From Squalus acanthias (lineage: Eukaryota): a DNA stretch of 64,000 nucleotides. The translations under genes were made by a program, and so were the position numbers. Of this stretch, positions 10,206 to 22,335 are shown piece after piece (the stretch's first letter is position 1; the number at the start of each line of letters is the position of its first letter). The stretch lies in assembly GCA_030390025.1 (NCBI GenBank), contig CM059425.1, positions 52,018,001-52,082,000 on the forward strand, read 5' to 3'. Below the pieces are notes generated by a model. It made no database searches. It was not told the origin of the DNA and saw only the letters and a program-made list of their open reading frames with translations.

Positions 10206-11348
10206 GGTCCTGAAATTCCGGTGTCTTCGGCGTACACTCAGTGTACACCGTCGGAAAGGGCCGCGAAACCCAGAACTTGCGCTCTGTCAAGGTACGCCTT
10301 GACAGACCTACCGAACCGAAAGTAAGATCAGTATCGCTGGCGCAGAGTTGATCTATTTGCCCAACAACTGCCCAGTAATTGCCCACGAAACTCTTACAGC
10401 TGGTGAAAGCAGGTGTAGAGTCTGGTTTCATCAGCGTAAGGGTTATTATAAATCCTAAATTAAACATTTAAAAATAAAAAATGATGCACCAACATTGAGG
10501 CCGCGATTTTTCCTCTCGATGCGGCTTGGGGGCGGAACAGCTGCCTTCTTGGTTCCAATCAACGACGTCCGACGCACGGACGCAATTTTGCATTAATTGG
10601 CCTTGTTAAGCCCGCCCTGCGGGCTTGCCGGCTAATTAAGAGAAAGTCAGTGTCCGGTGACATCAGTTGATGACACGTCATCTGCCGGTTTTCTTAAAGG
10701 AGCCACGCACAATTCTTTTTTACAGCTGATTTTTCAGTGTTTTGACAGCATTAAGGTGCTGCAAACACTGACAATCACTGTACAAAGGTGAGCCCTTGCA
10801 CCCAGGCTCTCCAGTGACGCCCTCCTTAGACTAGAACCGATGGCAGCTGCAGGTGAGGTTACAGAAGCGATCTGTCACTGGTGAGAGAGGTTCTCCCAAT
10901 GAGGTGGGACTACACAAACAATTCCAAACTTGTCACCTACAGAAAAGTCTAAATACATTAAAAATGATTTTCCCAACATTTTCTTACCTCTGAAACTCTC
11001 CAGTGTACCATTGGATCCTTCACACCACTTCTGCAGCTGTCATCAATGCAGAAACATTACAGTGGACCCACAGCATGCCACATTTACCTGGCGTGGTGTC
11101 CGAACGTCGGGAAGCCCGCAGTAGACCTGTCAAAATTGCAAAAAGCCTTTTAACTGCCTGTTAACAAGCAGTATAATCCTCTTCCCGCCGCTAGGTGTCG
11201 GGTCCATGTGCAAATTGGGGACCCGACACCTGGGAAGATTGTTTGGAGGCGGGATGACAGCGGGTTTCCGACCCGCTGTCAATCTTTGTGATTTTGCCGG
11301 ATGTCCCGTCTCCAAAACCGCCCCCTGAGCGCCGGCAAAATTCCGGCC
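10206..11348. mobile_element. Harbinger-type derivatives (MITE fragment 10206-~10480 plus TIR element 10499-11348)
   Basis: TIR-like GGCCGCGATTTTTCC and GGCCGGAATTTTGCC(rc). Interior (GGTGCTGCAAACACTGACAA, TGCACCCAGGCTCTCC) matches the Myb-bearing element at ~41500-43265. Confidence 0.65.
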
Positions 11349-11537
11349 TTTAAATTAGTTTAATCAATTTACTCCGGAGGTACGCCTCTGACCGCAATTG
11401 CTAGGCCATTACAATTTGATTTGAGCAGAAACAACAAATTGTCGGTCCTTGCCAAACTTAAATAGTCATCTGAATGAACGTAGTTAATTTAGGGCTTGAA
11501 TAGTTAAGTAATATTGCCATTGCCTCGTTGTTTGCAG

Positions 11538-11677
11538 GTACCAATCCCTCCGATTCTTGGTTTCTATCAAATGAAGGAAGAAGAGCAACAATTAAAGATT
11601 GCAGTTAATCTGAAACTTCATGAAAGTGTCAAAAATGGATTTGAATATTGTGAAGCACACATTCCCTTCTTCAACAG
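11538..11677 (+). CDS. AP5M1: AP5M1 exon 4
   Basis: Acceptor tttgcag; [16 protein letters not shown]...[10 protein letters not shown]; donor AG|GTAAAG; 140 nt. Confidence 0.96.
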
Positions 11678-13651
11678 GTAAAGCAGGTGACAACTTGAGA
11701 GATCATTTATGCTATGCCAATGAGTGTTTTGTGTTGAAAATGCGTTCACAGTTAGCAGCAAACTTGTGGAGTGGGGGCAAATTGTAAGCGGTATGTTAAA
11801 CTGCCCAGGAGAATGTGGTGTCTACTAGTTCAGTGGTTTGCTTTGTGGCTCGTTGTTTTGATTTCTGGCAAAGGATGGCAAACTGGTGAAGGTAATGGGT
11901 GAGTGGCCTTTGTATGGGATAGGATATGGGCAGCGGAATTCTGAATGAGTTGGATTTTATGTAAGGTGGGGTTTGGGAGGCGAGATGATTTTGTAAAAGT
12001 GGAGCCTCTTCTCAAGCGGGACTAGTGCAGATGTAAAAAAAATAAACTACCCCTGATAAATTTGCACTTGAATATCCTAAAGAAAATAGAATTTAATTGC
12101 AATTGAATAGATCTTAGTTGTTCTGTAGTCACATTCTGAAATTACAATTGTGGTGTAAATCTCATTGTAACAGAATTTCATCTGTTACGCAATGCATGGT
12201 CCTCTAAATCTGTTTTCTTGGTAAATTGCTTATGAACATTGTGAATTTTCCTTTCTGTATATAAAGGACAGGCTATACATACTGTTCCTGTGGACTGTTT
12301 GTTTAAGGGATTTTCTTTGGTAATTTAAATAGATGGTTAGAAGCACTGCAAACAAGCCTGACATTTAGAGATACCAGTTACATTAGCAATATTGATTCAC
12401 ATCCAAACTGTTAAATAGTTTTAATAACTGTTTTTACATTTTAACTAAATGTTAATTCTATTAGAACAAAATTATTTGGAGGGGTTTTTCAACTGTGACC
12501 ATTTTTGAATTCTATTATCCTATCTATTGTCCTTTGTGCAGAGAGTGGTATGTTTTCATTTTGCAAAGTATGATTTTTTAAAAACTTCTCCCTGATATTA
12601 TTTTACACTGTTATAACTTCTCTGAATTTAGGTAATAAAATTCCAAAGGGTTGCACAGCCCAATAATGCATTTTAGTTTAGTCTCGATGTAAAGTAAGTG
12701 TTTACAAAAATGCAACCACAACAACTTTTGAAAGGTTTTTTTCTCATTAGCTGTTGCAGAATTTTTAATAGTTATTACGTTTTCTTTCCTGGTCTTTTCA
12801 GTAGTTAGGTTTATAATTGTAATGTTTTTGGCCAGTTGTGTGTATTGATCCTGTGCTTTGAATTAAATTGTTCTTGTAGACAGCATGCAGAATGTTTAAC
12901 ATTGTTCATATGAACTCCATTGTGAGTTTCATTAAAGACAAAATGAAGTCAGTAAACATTTGTCCACATGAAAAATAGCACAATGTTTCTGTTTAAAGCT
13001 TAGAATTCTGGTATGTGGTATAGAATAGTTACTAAAGTGAAAGCATCAGAAAATGCAGTTCTACTTGAACATGCATTGAAAGCCAAATAGGAGCTCAGTC
13101 TGCCAAAAATCTTCCCAAGTTGGCTGCTGTTACTTATGTCCGTACTGAACTAAATGCTCTTTTTTAGACAGAAATTCAAAATTCTCTCCTTTTAAAAAAG
13201 GAAATCAAGATTTTGAGGTTTTCTAATTCAAACAGTCACTGCCTGCTGTATCATTCTGATCTTTTTATAAACAATATATTGCAGATACTAGCAATAGATG
13301 TAACGTTATTTAAATCATGCGGATTGCAGAAAGCAGTCTAATAATGTGCCACTGCACCTAATCGTCTCCAGCGAACAATCATCAGGAAGGTCAACAGGTA
13401 TCAAGTAAATTCAGAGTAGTATGTTATTGAGGATAAACATACTGGGCTTTATTTTGCTTAGTTATTTCAATTTTGGTGTATTAGCCTAATTCTCTGGTTT
13501 ACTTAGTAAGTGTCATATTTGTTAATTTTAAACATATTATTCCTGAAGGAAGACAAAAGAATACATAAATGTTTTGAAATAAAGAAAAAGATATGAATTC
13601 TAAGTGTTTTAAACTGTGTCTGGTTACCCTAATCTCTCTCTTTCTTAATAG

Positions 13652-13737
13652 GGGTCCAATAGTACACACTGAATGCAAGGTGAGCCACGGGCAGCTGGAG
13701 GTGTCACGGGAAAAAAGCTTGCTGGTTTGGGTCATTG
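13652..13737 (+). CDS. AP5M1: AP5M1 exon 5
   Basis: Pyrimidine tract plus aatag; [29 protein letters not shown]; donor G|GTTAGT; 86 nt. Confidence 0.95.
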
Positions 13738-15183
13738 GTTAGTTCGCTGACTGTTCTATTTCACTTAAATTTGATTCAAGAAACAGAATTTCTTTTGTAA
13801 AGTAACATACTGCAGTCATTCCTGAAACTTAAATAAATTTTCCTTCACTATAAATAAATTAAACCTTGCATTTAATCACATAGGTCAGTGAACAATTGTT
13901 AAAATGTACAGCATTAACACTGCTATCTCTTAAACAAAAGCAGTGTCCTCCATGACTATACTTTTAATAGCCAGTGTGACACAGGGAAACTTAACTCGGT
14001 CTGTTAAAGGGCTTTTAAATCTGTGCCAGAAAGCCACACGATTGATTTTCCCGCTATGATTGCAGCAATTTCAGCTTTACTAGTAAAGAAAAAGTCCTTT
14101 GTATAATCCTGTAATTTATATACCACAAGTTTATGCCCGAAAGAGCTTCATCTATATTGCATTTAATTGGGCATCGGTCACTCAACATGGCCCCCTGTTT
14201 TAGTGGTCCGGAAGTGGAAGAAAAATTGTTAAAATGCAGGAGGGGCCTTACTGTTTATTTCCGGCATGTTTAACATGTTGATAACTTCAAATTGGCCGGG
14301 ACTCTATAGTATGTGGGGCTATTTGGCTTTGCTCAGCAATGTCATCAATGTCACTTATTAAATTGCACGTTTATTATTCACAAGGTGGCTGATTGTTGAC
14401 ACGGAGAGGGAGATTATTTGTGAGGATGGAATGAGATAAATTGTCCAAACATAAATGTAGTTGTATACTCAGGATGGCTGAGCATTTCATGTGATCTTAG
14501 CAATATTGTATTTTTGGAGCTTCCCTTTAAATGACACAAGTAGAATATTTATTCACATTGGTTTAATTCCATGTGTGTTTGTTTGCTTCAACAATTAGAA
14601 TAATTATATTCTTATTGGTGGTAGATGTTCAATTTCTAAGTAATTGAATATTAATGTTAAATAATTTTTAATAAAGTCAATTTATTTTGCTTTGTATTGA
14701 AGAGCTCAACAGAAATGTTTACCTGACTTCTCGAGATTTATAATTTTACTAATTTCTTGCATATTTCTAATGTTTGATTAATAAAGAATACTATGATAAT
14801 ATAGAGGTTAACCTACATGTTTATCGTCCAGTATGTTTTCTAACCACTCAACTCCTTATTTTACATTGCTGATTTTTTTTTTCCATTGAGCCAATTTCCT
14901 ACTTATGGAACAGCAAACCTTCTGTGAAATTGAAGCTTCTGTGCTATTTATTAACCTGTAAAGTTATTGCAAAGCCTTAAAATGTATTTTTTAGTAATTT
15001 ATATGGGAATTTTCAAGCCAAGCAGATCATGTTGAAATGGAAATTAATTTTGAGAAATCAACTACATTGGTGAATTTAGGAATACTTCCTATAACAGCAA
15101 TACACTGAATATTAGAAAATATTTTTAATGCAATTAGTATTATGAATGTATTGCAAATACTGTTTGCTTTATTCCATTTTTAG

Positions 15184-15311
15184 GTCAGAAATTCCCTAAA
15201 ACTTTGGAAGTATCTTTAACTGGCACAGTAATGTTCCCTGGGTTTGGCGTAGCAAACCATTCAGTGCAGCCAACTGATCCATTCTGCACTGGGCTTACTG
15301 CATACGTTAAG
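15184..15311 (+). CDS. AP5M1: AP5M1 exon 6
   Basis: Acceptor tttttag; QKFPKTLEVSLTGTV...DPFCTGLTAYVK; donor AAG|GTATGT; 128 nt. Confidence 0.95.
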
Positions 15312-15329
15312 GTATGTAGCTTGGTCCTT

Positions 15330-16584
15330 TACTTGACAAATTTGCTCGAATTCTTTGAGGACGTAACAAACAGGGTGGATAAAGGGGAACCAGTGGATGT
15401 GGTGTATTTGGACTTCCAAAAGGCATTTGATAAGGTGCCACACAAAAGATTACTGCACAAGATAATAAATCACGGGATTGGGTAGAAGATTGGCTATCTA
15501 ACAGAAAACAGAGAGTTGGGATAAATGGTTCATTCTCGGGTTGGCAATCAGTAACTAGTGGTGTTCCGCAAGGGTCAGTGCTGGGACCCCAATTCTTTAC
15601 AATCTATATTAACGATTTGGAGGAGGGGACCAAGTGCAACGTATCCAAGTTTGCTGACGATACAAAGATGGGAGGGAAAGCAGTGAGTGAGGAGGACATA
15701 AAAAACCTGCAAAAGGACATAGACAGGCTAAGTGAGTGGGCTGAAATTTGGCAGATGGAATATAATGTTGGAAAGTGTGAGGTTATGCACTTTGGCAGAA
15801 AAAATCAAAGAGCAAGTTATTATCTAAATGGAAAGAAACTGCAAAGTGCTACAGTACAAAGGGATCTGGGGGTCCTGGTGCATGAAACACAGAAGGTTAG
15901 TATGCAGGTACAGCAGGTGATCAGGAAGGCCAATGGAATCTTGGCTTTTATTGCAAGGGGGATGGAGTATAAAAGCAGGGAAGTCTTACTTCAGTTGTAC
16001 AAGGTACTGGTGAGGCCACACCTGGAATACTGCGTACAGTTTTGGTTTCCATATTTAAGAAAAGATATACTTGCTCTCGAGGCAGTTCAGAGAAGGTTCA
16101 CTCGGTTGATTCCGGAGATGAGGGGGTTGACTTATGAGGAAAGGTTGAGTAGGTTGGGCCTCTACTCATTGGAATTCAGAAGAATGAGAGGCGATCTTAT
16201 TGAAACATATAAGATTGTGAGGGGGCTTGATCGGGTGGATGCGGGGAGGATGTTTCCACTGATGGGTGAGACTAGAACTAGGGGGCATAATCTTAGAATA
16301 AGGGGCTGCCGTTTCAAAACTGAGATGAGGAGAAACTTCTTCACTCAGAGGGTAGTAAATCTATGGAATTTGCTACCTCAGAGAGCTGTGGAAGCTGCGA
16401 CATTAAATAAATTTAAAACAGAGATAGACAGTTTCCTAGCTGATATGGGAATTAAGGGTTATGGGGAGCAGGCAGGGAAGTGGACGTGAGTCTAGGTTCG
16501 GATCAGCCATGATCCTATTGAATGGCGGAGCAGGCCCAAAGGGTCGTATGGCCTCCTCCTGCTCCTACTTCTTATGTTCTTATG
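15330..16584 (+). mobile_element. 5'-truncated CR1 LINE in AP5M1 intron 6
   Basis: LTNLLEFFEDV..DFQKAFDKVPH; 303-aa RT C-terminal ORF 15578-16489; tail TTCTTATGTTCTTATG. Confidence 0.95.
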
Positions 16585-16888
16585 TAAATTTGATTATCTA
16601 AACCTGTCATTTGAAGAAATGGAAATTTAATGTGAATACATTTAAACTAGTGCAAATGTCAAGTGCAAAAAATCTTGCAATTGGGAAATGTTTGTAGGAT
16701 GCCCTTTTTAGTTAAACAATATGTTTTACTGACAATTGTACAATTACTGCAGCACTTTGTAATAGCTGAGTATGGAAAGATCCATAGTTAGGAACATTTT
16801 CCGTAACTAGTTGATACATTGACCGCTACCTATTAATGGTCTGTTTAGTTAGTTCAGGTGGTGACTTCAGCTACATTTTAAGTCACAA

Positions 16889-16940
16889 CGCGCCATAAAT
16901 GCTTACAGCGCGGCATTAATGCTTACAGCGCTATCAATGC
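16889..16940 (+). repeat. Short 20-bp tandem repeat, about 2.5 copies
   Basis: CGCGCCATAAATGCTTACAG / CGCGGCATTAATGCTTACAG / CGCTATCAATGC. Confidence 0.7.
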
Positions 16941-17512
16941 ATTGTGTAATCCAAATCACTTGTGTTGATCTTTGGTAATTAAAACTGTATGTGTCCCCTC
17001 AATCATTGCTAATGCCACACTGACAATTTCAGGCCAGTTTCCTCAATTCAAAATTATCTAAATAATATTCAGTTTAAACTGTGAGTAATTTAGAAACCAA
17101 ATACATTTTTAAAATGTTAATCAAACATCCAAACACCGAACATTGCTTTAATTTCCATGTAAGTTTTAACTGCTGTAAGTTCTGACTAGGTATGGCTATT
17201 TTTAGAAACAAGTAAAATGTAATTATTCACATTTTTGTTGACTGATTTAAGTTAATAGTATCAGATATTTCTGTATAAGATGGCATATTGGATACTTGGA
17301 CGCAATCATTCAAGTATCTCTGGTTTTGAAATTTTATATTTATATTGTGCAATTTTTTCTTCCCTGTCTTTGCTCAATCTTGGGCAAGATAACTTAGTTT
17401 CTTATAAGATATGCTAACAAAGGATATGTAAGTGAGTTAATCTACAACAGCAGTTAAAGTCCTTATAATGTTGCTTAAAATATTTAGTAGTGATTGCTCC
17501 TACCTTTCAAAA

Positions 17513-18681
17513 GTGGATGTGATGTATTTGGATTTTCAGGAGGCATTCGATAAGGTGCCACACAAGAGGTTATTAAAACTAGGGCTCATGGGATTGGGGG
17601 TAATATACTAGCATGGATTGAGGATTGGTTAATGGACAGAAAACGGAGAATAGGAATAAACGGGTCATTTTCGGGTTGGCAGGCTGTAACTAGTGGGGTG
17701 CCGCAAGGATCAGTGCTTGGGCCTCAGCTATTCACAATCTACATCAATAATTTGGATGAGGGGACCAAATGTAATATATCCAAGTTTGCTGATGATACAA
17801 AGCTGGGTGGGAATGTAAGTTGTGAGGAGGATGCAAGGAGGCTTCAAGGGGATATAGACAGGTTAAGAGAGTGGGCAAGAACATGGCAAATGGAATATAA
17901 TATGGAGAAATGTGAAGTTATCCACTTTGGTAGGAAAAATAGAAAAGCAGAGTTTTTTAAATGGTGAGAGATTGGGAAATGTTGGTGTTCAGAGGGACCT
18001 GGGTGTCCTTGTACAAAAAAGCACTGAAAGTTAACATGCAGGTACAGCAAACAATTAAGAAAGCAAATGGTATGTTGGTCTTTATTACAAGTCAATTATA
18101 TAGGGCCCTGGTGAGACCACACCTGGAGTATTGTGTGCAGTTTTGGTCTCCTTACCTAAGGAAGGATATACTTGCCATAGAGGGAGTGCAACGAAGGTTC
18201 ACCAGACAGATTCCTGGGCTGGGGGGGATTGTCCTATGAGGACAGATTGAGTAGACTAGGCCTATATTCTCGAGAGTTTAGAAGAATGAGAGGTGATCTC
18301 ATTGAAACATACAAAATTCTTACAGGGCTTGACGGGGTAGATGCAGGGAGGATGTTTCCCCTGGTTGGGGAGTCTAGAACCAGGGGTCACAGTCTCAGAA
18401 CAAGGGGTCGGCCATTTGGACTGAGATGAGGAGAAATTTCTTCACTCAGAGGGTGGTGAATCTTTGGAATTCTCTACCCCAGAGGGCTGTGGAGGCTCAG
18501 TCGTTGAGTATATTCAAGACAGAGATCGATAGATTTTTGAATATTAAGGGAATCAAGGGATATGGGGATAGTGCAGGAAAGTGGAGATAAGGTAGAAGAT
18601 CAGCCATGATCTTATTGAACGGTGGAGCAGGCTCGAAGGGCCAAATGGCCTACTCCTGCTCCTATTTCTTACGTTCTTATG
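17513..18681 (+). mobile_element. 5'-truncated, frameshifted CR1 LINE
   Basis: [15 protein letters not shown] and RPHLEYCVQFW in broken frames; tail TTCTTACGTTCTTATG. Confidence 0.93.
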
Positions 18682-18835
18682 TAAAAATCTTAGAAAGGAA
18701 CTAGCTGTTTAAATGATTCGAACAAGATCAAATGATACAAGAAGTACTTTAAATGTCATAATGAATTCAAAGCAAACCTCTAATTAGACTTTAAAAGAAC
18801 AAGGACTTTGAACAGAATAATGGGTTAATCGTTTT

Positions 18836-19000
18836 AAAATTGAGAGGTCGCACAACACCAGGTTATAGTCCAACAGTTTTATTTGAAATCACAAGCTCCG
18901 AAAGCTTGTGATTTCAAATAAAACTGTTGGACTATAACCTGGTGTTGTGCGACCTCTCAATTTTGTCCACCCCAGTCCAACACCGGCATCTCCGCATCAT
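18836..19000 (+). mobile_element. Penelope-like element remnant with inverted terminal copy (perfect 62-bp hairpin)
   Basis: Arms 18836-18897 and 18903-18964 are exact reverse complements around loop CCGAA; tail GTCCACCCCAGTCCAACACCGGCATCTCC; flanking direct repeat TTAATyGTTTTA. Confidence 0.75.
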
Positions 19001-19363
19001 TAATTGTTTTATCCAGGAAAATAGATTTATTTTTATAAAGTTTCCATAATACATTTTTTCATATGGATTTTGGAGGCAAATTATAAACTTGTTCAGTGCA
19101 GAACACAAGATGCAGCTTTAGGGAAAAAGAACTGGTTAAAAGAGCCATTCCACTCAAGTTCCTGCAAACATGGGCGGGGGTGGGGGGTTAACTTTAAAGT
19201 TGGCTTAGTATTAGGAAACAAGGTATAATCTTATTAGATGAACCTGATGAGTGTTTAAGAAAATCTTCTTAGAATAAGACCAAAATGTAATTCATGTCTT
19301 TCAGCAAGAGGTGTTAACTTAAATGCTTCATATCTAGCAACTATAAATAGGACAAGACCCATT

Positions 19364-19667
19364 TAGAAACATAGAAACTAGGAGCAGGAGTAGGCCATTC
19401 GGCCCGTCGAGCCTGCTCCACCATTCAATACGATCATGGCTGATCATCCAAATCCAGCACCCTGTCCCTGCTTTCTCACACAGAATCCCCATCGAGCCTG
19501 CACCGACACATATCCCACCCTATCCCTGTAACCCCACGTATTTAATTCCCCCTAACATATCCCTTCCTATCACTAGGCTCCCCGTAACTCCACATATTTA
19601 ATCCCCCCCTAACACTAAGGGTCAATTTATCATAGCCAAATCAACCTAACCCGCACATTTTTGGACA
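19364..19667 (-). mobile_element. 5'-truncated V-SINE (HE1-like) with CR1-type tail
   Basis: Near-identical to the 3' part of the full copy at 48142-48591. Confidence 0.8.
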
Positions 19668-19966
19668 TTTATCAGCATGTAACTTGGGCCAGAGTTAATT
19701 CTCTCATCCTAAAGTTCAGTTGGGTACACTTGATCTGTTGAACAGCTGATCTGTTGATATCCCAGTTACGAAGGTATTTAGACTTCAGCTCATCCCACCC
19801 TCTAGAGGAAATTCACTGTGACAATTGAGTGTACATAGAAAGCAAGCTAAATAATGGACATTTTTCAAAATAGACAATGTCGGGATAATAAAACCTGAGT
19901 AAACTCTTGTTGCCCTGAAGCTATTAGTTAATCTTTCATTTTCTTGCTTCTATTTTATCAACCCAG

Positions 19967-20063
19967 CTTTACTTTCGAATCCCAGATTATACATTGACTG
20001 GTTGCTACGTGGACCAACATTCTGTACAAGTGTACTCTTCAGCAAAACCCAGAATCATCACAT
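19967..20063 (+). CDS. AP5M1: AP5M1 exon 7
   Basis: Acceptor acccag; [32 protein letters not shown]; donor T|GTAAGC; 97 nt. Confidence 0.95.
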
Positions 20064-20748
20064 GTAAGCTTCAATAATGTTCTTGGATTGTTTGAACCAT
20101 AACTATTTTGAATTGTCTGTTAACCAGAATAGATTTCACCTGCAGGGGTCAGTCTTGCCTGCTTTTACATAGCTGAAAGCAATGTACTCTGGTAGAGTGA
20201 GGAAAAGATTGACATGCTAATTCACCTTGTCATGTTGTATTTATGGCATGTGACTTGCAATTGTCTGATAAGCTGAGCCCTATTCAACTCAAAAAATGCT
20301 ACAAGATCTTATTATGACCTAATTATTATGGTAGTTAGAATTATTGATCCTTACTCTTCCCCCTCACCCCAATGTTAACTTTTTAGCTTCTTTAGTGTCC
20401 CTGCATCACATACCATTTCTTGTCCAAAAGGACAGTTAGGCAGCTGGCTTCCAGTCCAGTCAATGCTGCTTTTGAGCTAGTCACTGAGGGAGCACTTCTC
20501 TATCCAGTTGGAATTTAGACTGACACATATGTAACCTACCTGTTCATTGTAAATTCATGAATTATAAACTTTTCATGTTGTTTTAATAGTATTTCAGAAT
20601 TGGCATATTTCTGTAGAGTAACAATTTAAATGTTTGCAATTGCTTTGGTCAGTCTTTGACCTTGTGTGTGTGTGAGCACTGAGTTCTACATTCCACTGAA
20701 ACATGACCAGCGTTTCTTTGTTAACTGGGTAACTTTTTGTTTTTATAG

Positions 20749-20846
20749 CCAAGGAACTGCTTTCTTCTGAGTACTACATCTGGAACTCCAAAGGTGATGC
20801 ACCTGTGGCCAGCAGGCCATTAATATCTGAAAGCAATTTGGAGTAA
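20749..20846 (+). CDS. AP5M1: AP5M1 exon 8 (last coding exon)
   Basis: Acceptor ttttatag; KELLSSEYYIWNSKGDAPVASRPLISESNLE*; the eight exons sum to 1506 nt = 501 aa plus stop. Confidence 0.95.
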
Positions 20847-21020
20847 CCACATGGACTAAAAATTTCAAAACAAAGGTCACCAGTTTGATTATGCATTTCT
20901 TAAAAAAATTAGTCGGTATATTTTTAGTTGTGTTCCGGAAGCTAATCTATTTTAAAGTGTATAAAATGAGAATTTACCATAGTAGTGTTACAGTAAAGTT
21001 TGATCATGTGATGTACGAAT

Positions 21021-21051
21021 AATAAATATTGTAAATATTATGATTAATAAA
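21021..21051 (+). terminator. Candidate AP5M1 polyadenylation signals
   Basis: AATAAA at 21021-21026 and 21046-21051, about 175-200 nt after the stop codon. Confidence 0.5.
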
Positions 21052-21454
21052 ATATATGAAAAACTTGCTCTGAGAAATACAGTAGTTTATTACAAACATG
21101 ATGAGCTGTAAATTTTTGAAAAGTTCTCTCTTGCACTCCTCTCTCAAATACATTGACTCCTTGCTGGGATACAGTTCTACGGGTGCCCTACAGCACCTTG
21201 CTCGAGTGGTCATTATTAATGTTTGAACCTTGACAGTGAGTGTCAGGAGGTTATTCATCCTGGGTCCTCAATGTCACTCACGCATATTGCCAACAAGTTG
21301 TGGTCAGGACCAGAAACTTTGATGGATTTTATTTTCTTCTCCTCCCCTCTCCCTGCCCATTGTAGTGTGACTATTGTCATCTGAGTAGAGATCAGCTAAT
21401 TCAGACCATGGAATGAACCTGGAGCTTTTCTGGTCTGTATGGGGCAGCTTATCA

Positions 21455-22335
21455 CTGGATAACATCGCAGATGAAATTTAACGCAGAAAAGTACAAAGTG
21501 ATACATTTTAGTAGGAAGAACGAGGAGAGGCAATATAAACTAAAGGGTACAATTCTAAAGGGGGTGCAGGAACAGAGAGACCTGGGGGTATATGTGCACA
21601 AATCTTTGAAGGTGGCAGGGCAGGTTGAGAAAGCAGTTAAAAAATCATACGGGCTCCTGGACTTCATTATTAGAGACATAGAGTACAAAAGCAAGGAAGT
21701 TATGATGAACCTTTATAAAACATTGGTTCGGCCAAAACTGGAGTATTGAAACATAGAAGATAGGAGCAGGAGTAGGCCATCCAAACTCAGTACCCTGTAC
21801 CTGCCTTCTCCCCATATCCCTTGATACCTTTAGCTTTAAGTCTATCTGAAAGGGTAGTGGAGGCAGATTCTATCATGGCTGTCCAATTATGAGCACTGCA
21901 CTTTAGGAAGGATGTGAAGGCCTTAGAGAGGGTGCAGAAAAGATTTATGAGAGTGGCTCCAGGGATGAGGGACTTCAGTTACGTGGATAGACTGGAGAAG
22001 CTGGGGTTGTTCTCCTTAGAGCAGAGAAGGTTGAGAGGAGATTTGCTAGAGGTGTTCAAAATCATGAGGGGTCTAGACAGAGTAGATAGAGAGAAACTGT
22101 TCCCATTGGTGGAAGGGTCGAGAACCAGAGGACACAGATTTAAGGTGATTGGCAGAAGAACCAAAGGCGACATGAGGGAAAACTTTTTTACGCAGCGAGT
22201 GGTTATGATCTGGAATGCACTGCCTGAAAGGGTAGTGGAGGCAGATTCTATCATGGCTTTCAAAAGGGAATTGGATAAGTACCTGAAGAAAAAAACATTG
22301 CGGGGGAGTGGGACTAGCTGAAGTGCTCTTGCAGA
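21455..22335 (+). mobile_element. CR1 3' fragment, interrupted at 21750-21880
   Basis: MKFNAEK..RDLGV..RPKLEY and LERVQKRF..RRLRGDL..FFTQRVV motifs. Confidence 0.9.
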
